A DNA stretch of 64,000 nt from Rhodospirillales bacterium (GTDB lineage Bacteria; Pseudomonadota; Alphaproteobacteria; Rhodospirillales; UBA2165). Made by a program: the position numbers and the translations under genes. The stretch lies in NCBI GenBank assembly GCA_022822205.1, contig JAJECC010000071.1:3283-67282 (forward strand), given 5' to 3'. Below the pieces are notes generated by a model. That model did no database searches, was not told where the DNA came from, and saw only the letters and a list, made by a program, of their open reading frames with translations. Positions 37,784 through 45,987 of the stretch are shown in pieces (the first letter of the stretch is position 1; the number at the start of each line of letters is the position of its first letter).

Positions 37784-39382
37784 CTAGTATCCGATAGCCA
37801 GGCCGTCCTTGCGGGGTTCGGACGCGCCTTTGAGGATCTCCCGCTCCCAATCGATCCAGATTGCCTGGGCGCCGCCTATGGGGCTCGATGCCAGGTAGGT
37901 CTCATGGCCCATGTCGTCGAGCTGCCGGCGGACACCGTCCGGCAACCCGCTCTCGATCTGAACCCGGCCGTCCGGATCGGCGACATCCGGGAACACCCGG
38001 GTGAAATCGATGGCCTCTTGAAGGTCCATCCCCCACTCGAAGAGGTTGGTCAGAAAATGCGCGTGGCCACAGGCCTGATAGTGCCCGCCCATCACGCCGA
38101 AGGGCATGACGGTCCGCCCGTCCTTGGTGACCATGCCGGGGATGATGGTGTGCATGGGCCGCTTGCCGGGCGCGATGCAGTTGGGATGGCCGGGATCGAG
38201 AACGAAGCCCTGGCCCCGATTGTGCAGCAGCACGCCGGACCTGGGCGCGGTGAGGGCAGAGCCGAAGGACATGAAGAGCGTGTTGATGAAGCTGACGGCG
38301 TTGCGGTCCTTGTCGACCACGCAGAGATAAACCGTGTCCTGATGGCCGGCGAGGGGCGAGGGGGGCAGCGCGGGCATCCGCCGGGTGCGGTCGATGAGCG
38401 CCCGCTGCTCGTCGGCGTATTCCCGGGACAGCCATTTCCCGACGGGCACGTCCGATTGAGCCGGGTCGGCGAGCACCGCTTCCCGGTCGCAGTAGGCGAG
38501 GCGGGCGGCTTCGATTTCGATGTGCAGCCGCTCGGCGGACAGCGGGTCCAGCTTGTCCAGTTCCATGCCGCCTAGAATGTTGAGCATCTCCAGGGCGACG
38601 ATGCCCTGGCCGTTGGGCGGGCATTCCCACACCTCATGGCCCTTGTAGGCGGTCTTGATGGGCTCGACATATTCGCCGACGGCGGCATCGAAGTCCGCCC
38701 GGGTGTGATGCCCGCCGAGAGAGGACAGGAAGCCCACCATATCCTCGGCGACCCAGCCCTCGTAGAATCCGGCCCGGCCCTTGGCGGCGATCTCTTCCAG
38801 GGTCTTGGCCAGCAGCGGCAGCCGGACCTTGTCGCCTAGTTCGTAGGCTTTGCCGTCCTTGAGGTAATGCTCGGCGGAGGCCGGGTCCCCGGCGAGGATT
38901 TCCTCGTTCCTTGCCCAGTCGAAGGAAACCCGGTGATTGACCGCGAAGCCGTCGCGGGCATAGCGGATGGCCGGCTCCAGCACATCGCCCAAGGGCATGG
39001 TGCCGTGATCGGCCGAGAGTTGCGCCCAGGCGTCCACCGCACCCGGCACCGTCACCGAGTGGGGACTTTGGCGGGGCAGTTCGCCGATGCCATTTTCCGC
39101 ATACCATTCCGCCGCGGCGCCGGCCGGCGCCCGGCCCGAACCGTTGAACGCGATTACGCCCTCGCTGTTCGGGGAATACAGGCAGAAACAGTCGCCGCCG
39201 ATACCGGTGGATTGCGGCTCCACGACGCACTGGACCGCCACCGCGGCGATGGCCGCGTCCATGGCGTTGCCGCCGGTCTGCAGAATTTGAATGGCCGCCA
39301 TGGTCGAGAGCGGCTGTGACGTGGCCGCCATACCGACAGGCGCGTGAACCGTGGAGCGGCCGGGAACGTCGAGGAGTCGCAT
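37784..39382 (-). CDS. ggt: Gamma-glutamyltransferase family protein
   Basis: TGIGGD, VTVPG, catalytic Thr in DTVYL, KRPMHTIIP and GVMGG. Confidence 0.92.
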   Translation of the reverse strand: MRLLDVPGRSTVHAPVGMAATSQPLSTMAAIQILQTGGNAMDAAIAAVAVQCVVEPQSTGIGGDCFCLYSPNSEGVIAFNGSGRAPAGAAAEWYAENGIGELPRQSPHSVTVPGAVDAWAQLSADHGTMPLGDVLEPAIRYARDGFAVNHRVSFDWARNEEILAGDPASAEHYLKDGKAYELGDKVRLPLLAKTLEEIAAKGRAGFYEGWVAEDMVGFLSSLGGHHTRADFDAAVGEYVEPIKTAYKGHEVWECPPNGQGIVALEMLNILGGMELDKLDPLSAERLHIEIEAARLAYCDREAVLADPAQSDVPVGKWLSREYADEQRALIDRTRRMPALPPSPLAGHQDTVYLCVVDKDRNAVSFINTLFMSFGSALTAPRSGVLLHNRGQGFVLDPGHPNCIAPGKRPMHTIIPGMVTKDGRTVMPFGVMGGHYQACGHAHFLTNLFEWGMDLQEAIDFTRVFPDVADPDGRVQIESGLPDGVRRQLDDMGHETYLASSPIGGAQAIWIDWEREILKGASEPRKDGLAIGY

Positions 39383-39640
39383 CGGAAACCTTTCATCGGG
39401 CCCAGGGGAGGAGGCCACAATTGAACGAGGTGATTATCCCGTCCGGCCCCTTCGGATCAAGCCCGCGATTGGGCGTCCGGCGATCACAAGTCATTTACGG
39501 GCGAGGAAATTTTCGCGCGCGCCGGCCGCGGCCGGACATCGGTTGGCCGCGCAACGGACCAACGATGGCTAGCGCGTGACCGGGAAAAGGGCCTAGCCTA
39601 TGATCCGCGCCAAATTCCATCACCTGGCAGGAGAAGGCAG

Positions 39641-41107
39641 TTGAGCAACGTCAAGGAAGTGCGGCACTTCATCAATGGCGCCTATGTGTCGGGCGGACAG
39701 GGTGAATTCGAGAACATCAACCCGGCGACGGGCAGGTTCGAATCCAAGGTTCACGAAGCGGACCGGAACCTGGTCGACCAGGCGGTGGCCGCGGCGCGAA
39801 GCGCGCTGAACGGCGAGTGGGGCAGGCTCACGGTCGAAGCGCGCTCGAAGATGCTGTGCGCGGTCGCCGACGGGATCAATGCCCGGTTCGACGAATTCCT
39901 CGAAGCCGAGATTGCCGATACGGGCAAGCCGGTGAACCTGGCCTCCCATATCGATATTCCCCGCGGCGCCGCCAATTTCACGGTCTTCGCCGAACTCCTG
40001 AAGGCCTTCCCGACCGAGGCGTTCCAGCAGGATACGCCCACCGGTTACGGCGCGCTCAACTACTCGGTCCGCAAGCCGCGCGGCGTTCTTGGGGTGATCT
40101 GCCCGTGGAACCTGCCGCTTCTGCTGATGACGTGGAAGGTCGGCCCGGCGCTTGCCTGCGGCAACACGGTGGTGGTCAAGCCCTCCGAGGAGACCCCGAC
40201 CACCGCCGCTATGCTGGGCGAGGTGATGAACGACGTGGGCGTGCCCCACGGCGTCTACAATGTCGTCCAGGGTTTGGGGCCGGATAGCGCCGGTCAGTAC
40301 CTGACCGAGCATCCGGATGTCGACGGCATTACCTTCACCGGCGAGACCGTTACCGGCGAAGCCATCATGAAACAGGCGGCCCGCGGCATTCGCCCGGTCT
40401 CGATGGAACTCGGCGGCAAGAATGCCGGCGTGGTGTTCGCCGACGCCGATCTCGACAAGGCGGTGGCCGGTTCCATGCGGTCGGTGTTCGCCAATTGCGG
40501 TCAGGTGTGCCTCAACACCGAACGCCTCTATGTGGAGCGTCCGATTTTCGAGGAGTTCGTCGAGCGCCTCTCGAAGGGCGCTGGCGAAACCGTCTTCGGC
40601 GATCCCATGAGCACCGAAACCGCTTCGGGCCCGCTGATCTCCGAGCAGCATCGCGAGAAGGTGCTGGGCTATTACGAGAAGGCGAAGGCGGACGGCGCCG
40701 AGGTGCATACCGGCGGCGGCGTGCCCGGTGTCGGCGGGGACTATGACGGCGGCTGGTGGATTCAGCCGACGGTCTGGACCGGCCTCGAGGAAACCGATGC
40801 GGCGGTCAAGGAAGAGATCTTCGGCCCGTGCGTCCATGTGCAGCCGTTCGACGAACAGGACGAAGCCGTCGCCATGGCCAACGATACGGACTATGGACTG
40901 GCGACGTCGATCTGGACCGAGAACCTGACCAAGGCTCACCAGGTTGCCGATCAGATCGATGTCGGCATTACATGGGTGAACTGCTGGTTCCTGCGCGACC
41001 TGCGGACGCCGTTCGGCGGCAGTAAGGCGTCGGGCATCGGCCGCGAGGGCGGCCAGCACGCCTTCGAGTTCTACACCGAGCACCGGAACATCTGCATCCA
41101 GCTGTAG
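39641..41107 (+). CDS. 2-hydroxymuconic semialdehyde dehydrogenase (DmpC/XylG-like)
   Basis: HIDIPRGAANF, PWNLPLLL, ELGGKN, GQVCL and WFLRDLRTPFGG. Confidence 0.88.
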   Translation: MSNVKEVRHFINGAYVSGGQGEFENINPATGRFESKVHEADRNLVDQAVAAARSALNGEWGRLTVEARSKMLCAVADGINARFDEFLEAEIADTGKPVNLASHIDIPRGAANFTVFAELLKAFPTEAFQQDTPTGYGALNYSVRKPRGVLGVICPWNLPLLLMTWKVGPALACGNTVVVKPSEETPTTAAMLGEVMNDVGVPHGVYNVVQGLGPDSAGQYLTEHPDVDGITFTGETVTGEAIMKQAARGIRPVSMELGGKNAGVVFADADLDKAVAGSMRSVFANCGQVCLNTERLYVERPIFEEFVERLSKGAGETVFGDPMSTETASGPLISEQHREKVLGYYEKAKADGAEVHTGGGVPGVGGDYDGGWWIQPTVWTGLEETDAAVKEEIFGPCVHVQPFDEQDEAVAMANDTDYGLATSIWTENLTKAHQVADQIDVGITWVNCWFLRDLRTPFGGSKASGIGREGGQHAFEFYTEHRNICIQL

Positions 41108-41119
41108 CGCCCGGCGTGT

Positions 41120-42415
41120 TTACCCGGATCGTGTATTCGTCGCTGGTGAAGTAGCGCCTGGGTCCGCCGGCGAGGCGCTCTGCTCGAGTGCCTGCGCGAC
41201 CGCCCGCTGACGGGTGAGGGCCCAGAGCCATATCACCGCGGTCAGCGCCGCGGCGCCGATCAACGCGTTCTGAAAGCCGGCCCCGAGATCGGCAATGGCG
41301 CCGAGGGCGGCAGCGCCAACCGAGGGCAGACCGAAGCCCGCCGAAATATAGACGGCCATCACCCGGGCCCGGAGCTGTTGATCGACGGCATTTTGAACGA
41401 GCGTCGATGAGCCGACGCCGCCCATCAATAATGCGACCCCGAGGAGCATTATCGCCGCCGTCCCCACCCAAAGGTTATCGGTCGCGGCGAACAGCGTCTG
41501 CATGACCGCCGTGCCGATAAACCCGAGTACGACAATCCGGGTCAGGCCCTGGGTCCGGCCGCGCCTCGCAACGTACAGTGCGGAGAGCATGGCGCCGAAC
41601 CCGGTCGCGCCCAGCAATAGTCCCAGCGTCTCCGGGCCGCCGCCGAAGACCGTGCCGACAAATCCCTGTGCCAGTTCGATATAGGGCCGGATCAAAAGAG
41701 CGGTCGCGCTCAGGAGCAGGAATACGAACCGGATGCTGGGCTCGCCGGCGATATACCGAAGGGGCTCGATAAACTCGGTCACGAACCCCCGACGGGTCCC
41801 GCCCGACGGCGGCGAGACGGACATGGGGATGCGCAGCAACAGCAGCAGAAACACCAGGAAGGCGGCCGCGTTGAACGCCAGCGCCGTCGCCACGTCGGCG
41901 ATGCCGATAATCGCGGCGCCAAGTGCGGGACCGATAATTCGGGTCAGGTTGAACGAAGCGGTATTCAGGCCGAGTGCGGACGACAAATCGGCGCGCGGGA
42001 CCACCTGGCTGGCCATGGAAATTCGGGCCGGACCGGCTGCCGCGTCACTTATGCCCAATAGCGCCGTGAGAATCATGATCAGCTCGATGGTAATCGCATC
42101 CAGGGCGACCAAACCCGCGAACACGGTCCCGACCACGAACGAAATAACCGACATGGCCCGGATAATCTGCAGGTACCCCAGCCGGTCGGTGAACACCCCC
42201 GCTATGAGGGGGACGATCACCAATGGGAACAGATCCGCGAAGGCGACGATACCCAGCCAGGTTCCGGACTCGGTCAATTCCCAAACCAGCCACATGATCG
42301 CGGTGCGCTGGACCCACCGGCCGGTATGGCTGACGGTGCTGCCCAGCCATAGGTACTGATAGTTCCGGTGCGAGAGCGCGCGGCCGATACCGCCCAGGAG
42401 AAATCCCCAATTCAT
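41120..42415 (-). CDS. MFS transporter
   Basis: About 12 hydrophobic segments; GVFTDRLG motif A; NLTRIIGPALG. Confidence 0.85.
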   Translation of the reverse strand: MNWGFLLGGIGRALSHRNYQYLWLGSTVSHTGRWVQRTAIMWLVWELTESGTWLGIVAFADLFPLVIVPLIAGVFTDRLGYLQIIRAMSVISFVVGTVFAGLVALDAITIELIMILTALLGISDAAAGPARISMASQVVPRADLSSALGLNTASFNLTRIIGPALGAAIIGIADVATALAFNAAAFLVFLLLLLRIPMSVSPPSGGTRRGFVTEFIEPLRYIAGEPSIRFVFLLLSATALLIRPYIELAQGFVGTVFGGGPETLGLLLGATGFGAMLSALYVARRGRTQGLTRIVVLGFIGTAVMQTLFAATDNLWVGTAAIMLLGVALLMGGVGSSTLVQNAVDQQLRARVMAVYISAGFGLPSVGAAALGAIADLGAGFQNALIGAAALTAVIWLWALTRQRAVAQALEQSASPADPGATSPATNTRSG

Positions 42416-42496
42416 GCCCGGGAGCTTACGCCTTCGCCTCGGAACGTCGAGACCCAATCAGGGGCGGTCGGTTGAGCGGACAGGCCTGGCAGCCTG

Positions 42497-43366
42497 CTAT
42501 CGGAAGACGACGGTGCGTGAGCCGTTGGGGAGCACCCGATGCTCGGTCAAATAACCGAGGGCGCGGGACAGCACCTGGCTCTCGGTTTCGCGTCCGACCG
42601 CCGCAAGGTCCTCCGGCGTATAGGTGTGGTCGACCCGCTGGACCTGCTGCTCGATGATCGGCCCCTCGTCCAGATCCTGGGTGACGAAGTGGGCGGTTGC
42701 CCCGATCAGCTTGACCCCTCGGGCGTGGGCTTGGTGGTACGGCTTGGCGCCCTTGAATCCGGGCAGGAAGGAGTGATGAATGTTGATCGCCCGGCCGGAA
42801 AGCTTGTCGCACATTTCGGTGGACAGCACCTGCATGTAGCGCGCGAGGACCAGATAGTCCGCGCCGCTGTTCCGGAAGAGTTCGAGGACCCGGGCTTCCT
42901 GTTCGGCTTTGGTCTCCCTGGTCACCGGCAGGTGGTGAAACGGAATGTCGTGCCAGTCGGCGAGCGGCTTGAGGTCCGGGTGATTGGAGACGATCGCCGG
43001 AATGTCCGCGTTCAACGTGCCCGAGCGGTAGCGATAGAGAATATCGTTCAGGCAATGCTCCGCCCTGGTGACCATGATCAGGAGTTTGGTCTTGGCGTTT
43101 TGCTCATGGAGCCGCCAGTTCATTTGAAATTTCTTGGCGATGGCCCCGAAGCCCGCCCGCACGCCGTCGATATCCATATTGGGATCGGTGATGTGGAAGA
43201 CCTGCCGGCCAAAGAAGGTCACGGTCTCGGGGTCGGCGAAATAGGAGGCCTCGGTCATGAAACAACCGAGGTCGCTGAGGCAGCCGCTGGCGGCGGCGAC
43301 GATGCCCGTCCGGTCCGGACAGGTCATGGTCAGCACGTACGATACGGGCTCCGTCTCCTCGTTCAT
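42497..43366 (-). CDS. purU: Formyltetrahydrofolate deformylase
   Basis: N-terminal ACT domain (CPDRTGIV), VLARYMQVLS, INIHHSFLP and GVKLIGATAH. Confidence 0.95.
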   Translation of the reverse strand: MNEETEPVSYVLTMTCPDRTGIVAAASGCLSDLGCFMTEASYFADPETVTFFGRQVFHITDPNMDIDGVRAGFGAIAKKFQMNWRLHEQNAKTKLLIMVTRAEHCLNDILYRYRSGTLNADIPAIVSNHPDLKPLADWHDIPFHHLPVTRETKAEQEARVLELFRNSGADYLVLARYMQVLSTEMCDKLSGRAINIHHSFLPGFKGAKPYHQAHARGVKLIGATAHFVTQDLDEGPIIEQQVQRVDHTYTPEDLAAVGRETESQVLSRALGYLTEHRVLPNGSRTVVFR

Positions 43367-43388
43367 CGATGGGGCTTTCTTTGCGGTC

Positions 43389-44348
43389 TTAGTGGGCGGC
43401 GGCGGGCGCCGGTTCGTCCCGGTGGGTCGGTCCGATACCGGCCTCTGCGAGGATTACCGGGATCGTCTCTTCCTGGCGGATGGCCATGATATGGACCCCG
43501 GCGATGCCGTCAATCTCTCTGAATTGCTGGATCAGCTCGACGCAGACGCGCCGCCCTTCAGCCCGTTCGTCGTCCGCCCGGTCGAGCCGGTCGACGATCT
43601 CGTCGGGGATAATCACCCCCCAGAGATTTTCGCGCATCCAGCGGGCCGATTTCGCCGAGCGGATGGGACCGATCCCCATGAGCACGAACAGCTGGTCGGT
43701 GGCCCCGTGGTCCCGCAGCCGTTCGATGTAGCGCTCGACGATTCCGGCATCGAAACAGAACTGGGTCTGCACGAACTGCGCCCCTGCTGCCGCCTTGGCG
43801 AGCAACCGCTCCGGCGTCCAGCCGGGCTCCGGATCGATGGGCGTATCGGCGGCGCCGATGAACAGGTCCGGCGGCGAGGCGATCTCGCGGCCCGACAGGA
43901 TCGTGCCGTCGTCCCGCATCTGCCGGGCCATGTCGATGAAGGCGCCGGTATCCAGATCGAATACCGGCTTGGCATCGGGCTGGTCGCCCTGTTTGGGGTC
44001 GTCGCCGCCCAGGATCATCACGTTGCGCACGCCGAAGGCGCCGGCGCCGAGCAAGTCGCTCTGCAGGGCAATCCGGTTGCGGTCCCGGCAGGTGAACTGA
44101 AGCACTGGTTCGATGCCGTGCTGCATCATCAACCCGGCCGCGGCCACGTTGGAGAGGTGGGCGCGGGCACCGGCGCCGTCGGTGACGTTGACCGCATCGA
44201 CGATGCCCCTGAACGGCAGGGCCTTGTCCAGAAGGTCATCGGAACTCGCCGAGAGCGGCGGCGTCAGTTCGGCCGTTACGGCGAATTCGCCGTTGAGCAG
44301 CGTGCGGACGAGGCCGGCTTCGACGGGAAGAGAGGTGTCCGGCGGCAT
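43389..44348 (-). CDS. metF: Methylenetetrahydrofolate reductase family protein
   Basis: AELTPP, NVTD, TCRDRNRIALQ, LGGDD and FVQTQ. Confidence 0.88.
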   Translation of the reverse strand: MPPDTSLPVEAGLVRTLLNGEFAVTAELTPPLSASSDDLLDKALPFRGIVDAVNVTDGAGARAHLSNVAAAGLMMQHGIEPVLQFTCRDRNRIALQSDLLGAGAFGVRNVMILGGDDPKQGDQPDAKPVFDLDTGAFIDMARQMRDDGTILSGREIASPPDLFIGAADTPIDPEPGWTPERLLAKAAAGAQFVQTQFCFDAGIVERYIERLRDHGATDQLFVLMGIGPIRSAKSARWMRENLWGVIIPDEIVDRLDRADDERAEGRRVCVELIQQFREIDGIAGVHIMAIRQEETIPVILAEAGIGPTHRDEPAPAAAH

Positions 44349-44351
44349 TGG

Positions 44352-45809
44352 CTAGCTCCGTTTCCGCGAGACCACGAAAGATTCATTGAGAAACCAGAGG
44401 CCGCCGTGCTGTTTCAGCGCTTCCTCGGTCGCCGTCAGGTAGTGGCCGTCGGCGATCGCGTCGGCGATCAGGTGATCCTCGATCTGATAGACGTAGATGG
44501 CGGCGTTCCAGGCGGCGAACAGGGTCGACGTGCCGATGCTCTCGGTCCCGATTTCACTCGGCAGGGTGTGCATGTCGTAGCGGAACAAGGACCGGTTGTC
44601 GGCGTAGGTGTTGAACCGGAGATCCCGCTCGGACTTGCCGAGGGTTTGCTTCAGCACCTTCATCAATTCGTGCCGGCTCGACTGGTTGAGCTCCCGGCCG
44701 GGCCAAATGCCCTGAATGATGTCGAGGCCCGGGTCACGGCCATAGGAATGGATGCCCAGCATCCGTCCCCCCGGCGCCAGGGATTTGGCCAGCGGGGCAA
44801 GGACCTTCTCGACCTTGAAATCCGGGCTCATGCTGGCGCGGTAGGGCTGGGAGGCCAGGATCATGTCGTACTGGCCCTGGAACCGGCCGGGGCGCGGGAT
44901 GATGGGATCGACCACGAAGCGCTGATCCTCGCGATAGATCACCATGACCGACGGCCGCTCATAGAGCGGGTTGCCGGTCTTCTTCGATGCCTTGACCTTC
45001 CAGCCTTCGGACAGGATGGGTTTCAGCGATTTGATCTGCTCGTCGAATTCGTGGGACGTGGTGCCGGTGAGCGGCACCTCGTGCCAATTGAGGGCGGCCG
45101 CCGACGTGACGCTGCCCGGCATCAGCTGCGGCGCCTCGCTGTAATAGAGGTTGGTGACCACCAAAACCGTCGCCGGGTGTTCGAAGAACCGGTCGGACAT
45201 CTTTTCGAGACTGAGGCGTACGTCCTCGAGGCTGATTTCCTTGCCGACGATAACGAATGGGACCGTGGAATGGCGGCGGTGCATGTCGCGCATCACCCGG
45301 GTGAGCACGGTGCCGTCGCCCATGCCCGCATCGAACAGCCTGAGCGCTGGCGGTTTGGGGTGAACCTGGGCGAGCTCCATGCCGACGCGCTCGGCGACCA
45401 CCCACTTCTCCGAGCAGGTGTTGACGAACATCAGGTATTTCTGGCGGTTGTCGTAGAACCGGAACGCCTTGGGTTCGCCGCTTTCGTCGAGGGGCGTCAC
45501 CCGCGAATAGACCTTGGCTTTTTTCTTTCCACCGGCGCCATTGTCTTTCGGCGCCGCCTCGCGCTTCAGGGGCAGGTTGTCGGGCAAGGCCGATGATTCC
45601 GAGCCGTTGCCCTTGGCCGCCGCAGGCTCGTCCTTGGTCATGTATTTGCGCACCCGGTCGACGGTGCGCATGGTAACCCCGCGCCCGGCGCGCAGGCGGC
45701 TGACGAACTTGCCGTCGTTGACGGTGAGTCGGCCGAAGGTCGACTCGGCGATGGCGTTATCGCGGCAATAATCCTCGATCTCGCCGATGAACGTCTGAAT
45801 GTCTTCCAT
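44352..45809 (-). CDS. Hypothetical: N-terminal Cro-like HTH fused to a class I SAM-methyltransferase-like domain
   Basis: STFGR...DGKFVSRLRAGRGVT N-domain; low-complexity linker; FDAGMGDG motif I, GKEIS acidic residue, DMILASQPY motif-IV-like. Confidence 0.7.
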   Translation of the reverse strand: MEDIQTFIGEIEDYCRDNAIAESTFGRLTVNDGKFVSRLRAGRGVTMRTVDRVRKYMTKDEPAAAKGNGSESSALPDNLPLKREAAPKDNGAGGKKKAKVYSRVTPLDESGEPKAFRFYDNRQKYLMFVNTCSEKWVVAERVGMELAQVHPKPPALRLFDAGMGDGTVLTRVMRDMHRRHSTVPFVIVGKEISLEDVRLSLEKMSDRFFEHPATVLVVTNLYYSEAPQLMPGSVTSAAALNWHEVPLTGTTSHEFDEQIKSLKPILSEGWKVKASKKTGNPLYERPSVMVIYREDQRFVVDPIIPRPGRFQGQYDMILASQPYRASMSPDFKVEKVLAPLAKSLAPGGRMLGIHSYGRDPGLDIIQGIWPGRELNQSSRHELMKVLKQTLGKSERDLRFNTYADNRSLFRYDMHTLPSEIGTESIGTSTLFAAWNAAIYVYQIEDHLIADAIADGHYLTATEEALKQHGGLWFLNESFVVSRKRS

Positions 45810-45850
45810 TGCCCAAGTCTCCGACTTGGCGAACAAGAGAGTCAACGAAA

Positions 45851-45915
45851 ATCCCATTAATTTAGTGGGATAAGTTAGTGGGATTTATCCTACATACGAT
45901 AAGGGGGAGTGGGAT
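45851..45915. promoter_or_regulatory. Operator-like palindrome and half-site array in a divergent promoter
   Basis: ATCCCATTAA-T-TTAGTGGGAT (9/10 arms), a third TTAGTGGGAT at 45875-45884, and AGTGGGAT at 45908-45915. Confidence 0.75.
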
Positions 45916-45987
45916 TGACGTGGGCTGTTTCGGTCACTCGAAAATTCCGTATATTGAGACTTCCGAATACCGTGGTAGGTTGTCTGC

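Noticed and set aside
45810-45987. SAM or cobalamin riboswitch upstream of the metF operon or the MetE-like gene (34891-35148)
   Set aside because: No SAM-II, SAM-SAH or B12-box consensus is recognisable; the repeats look like DNA operators. An Rfam scan would settle it.
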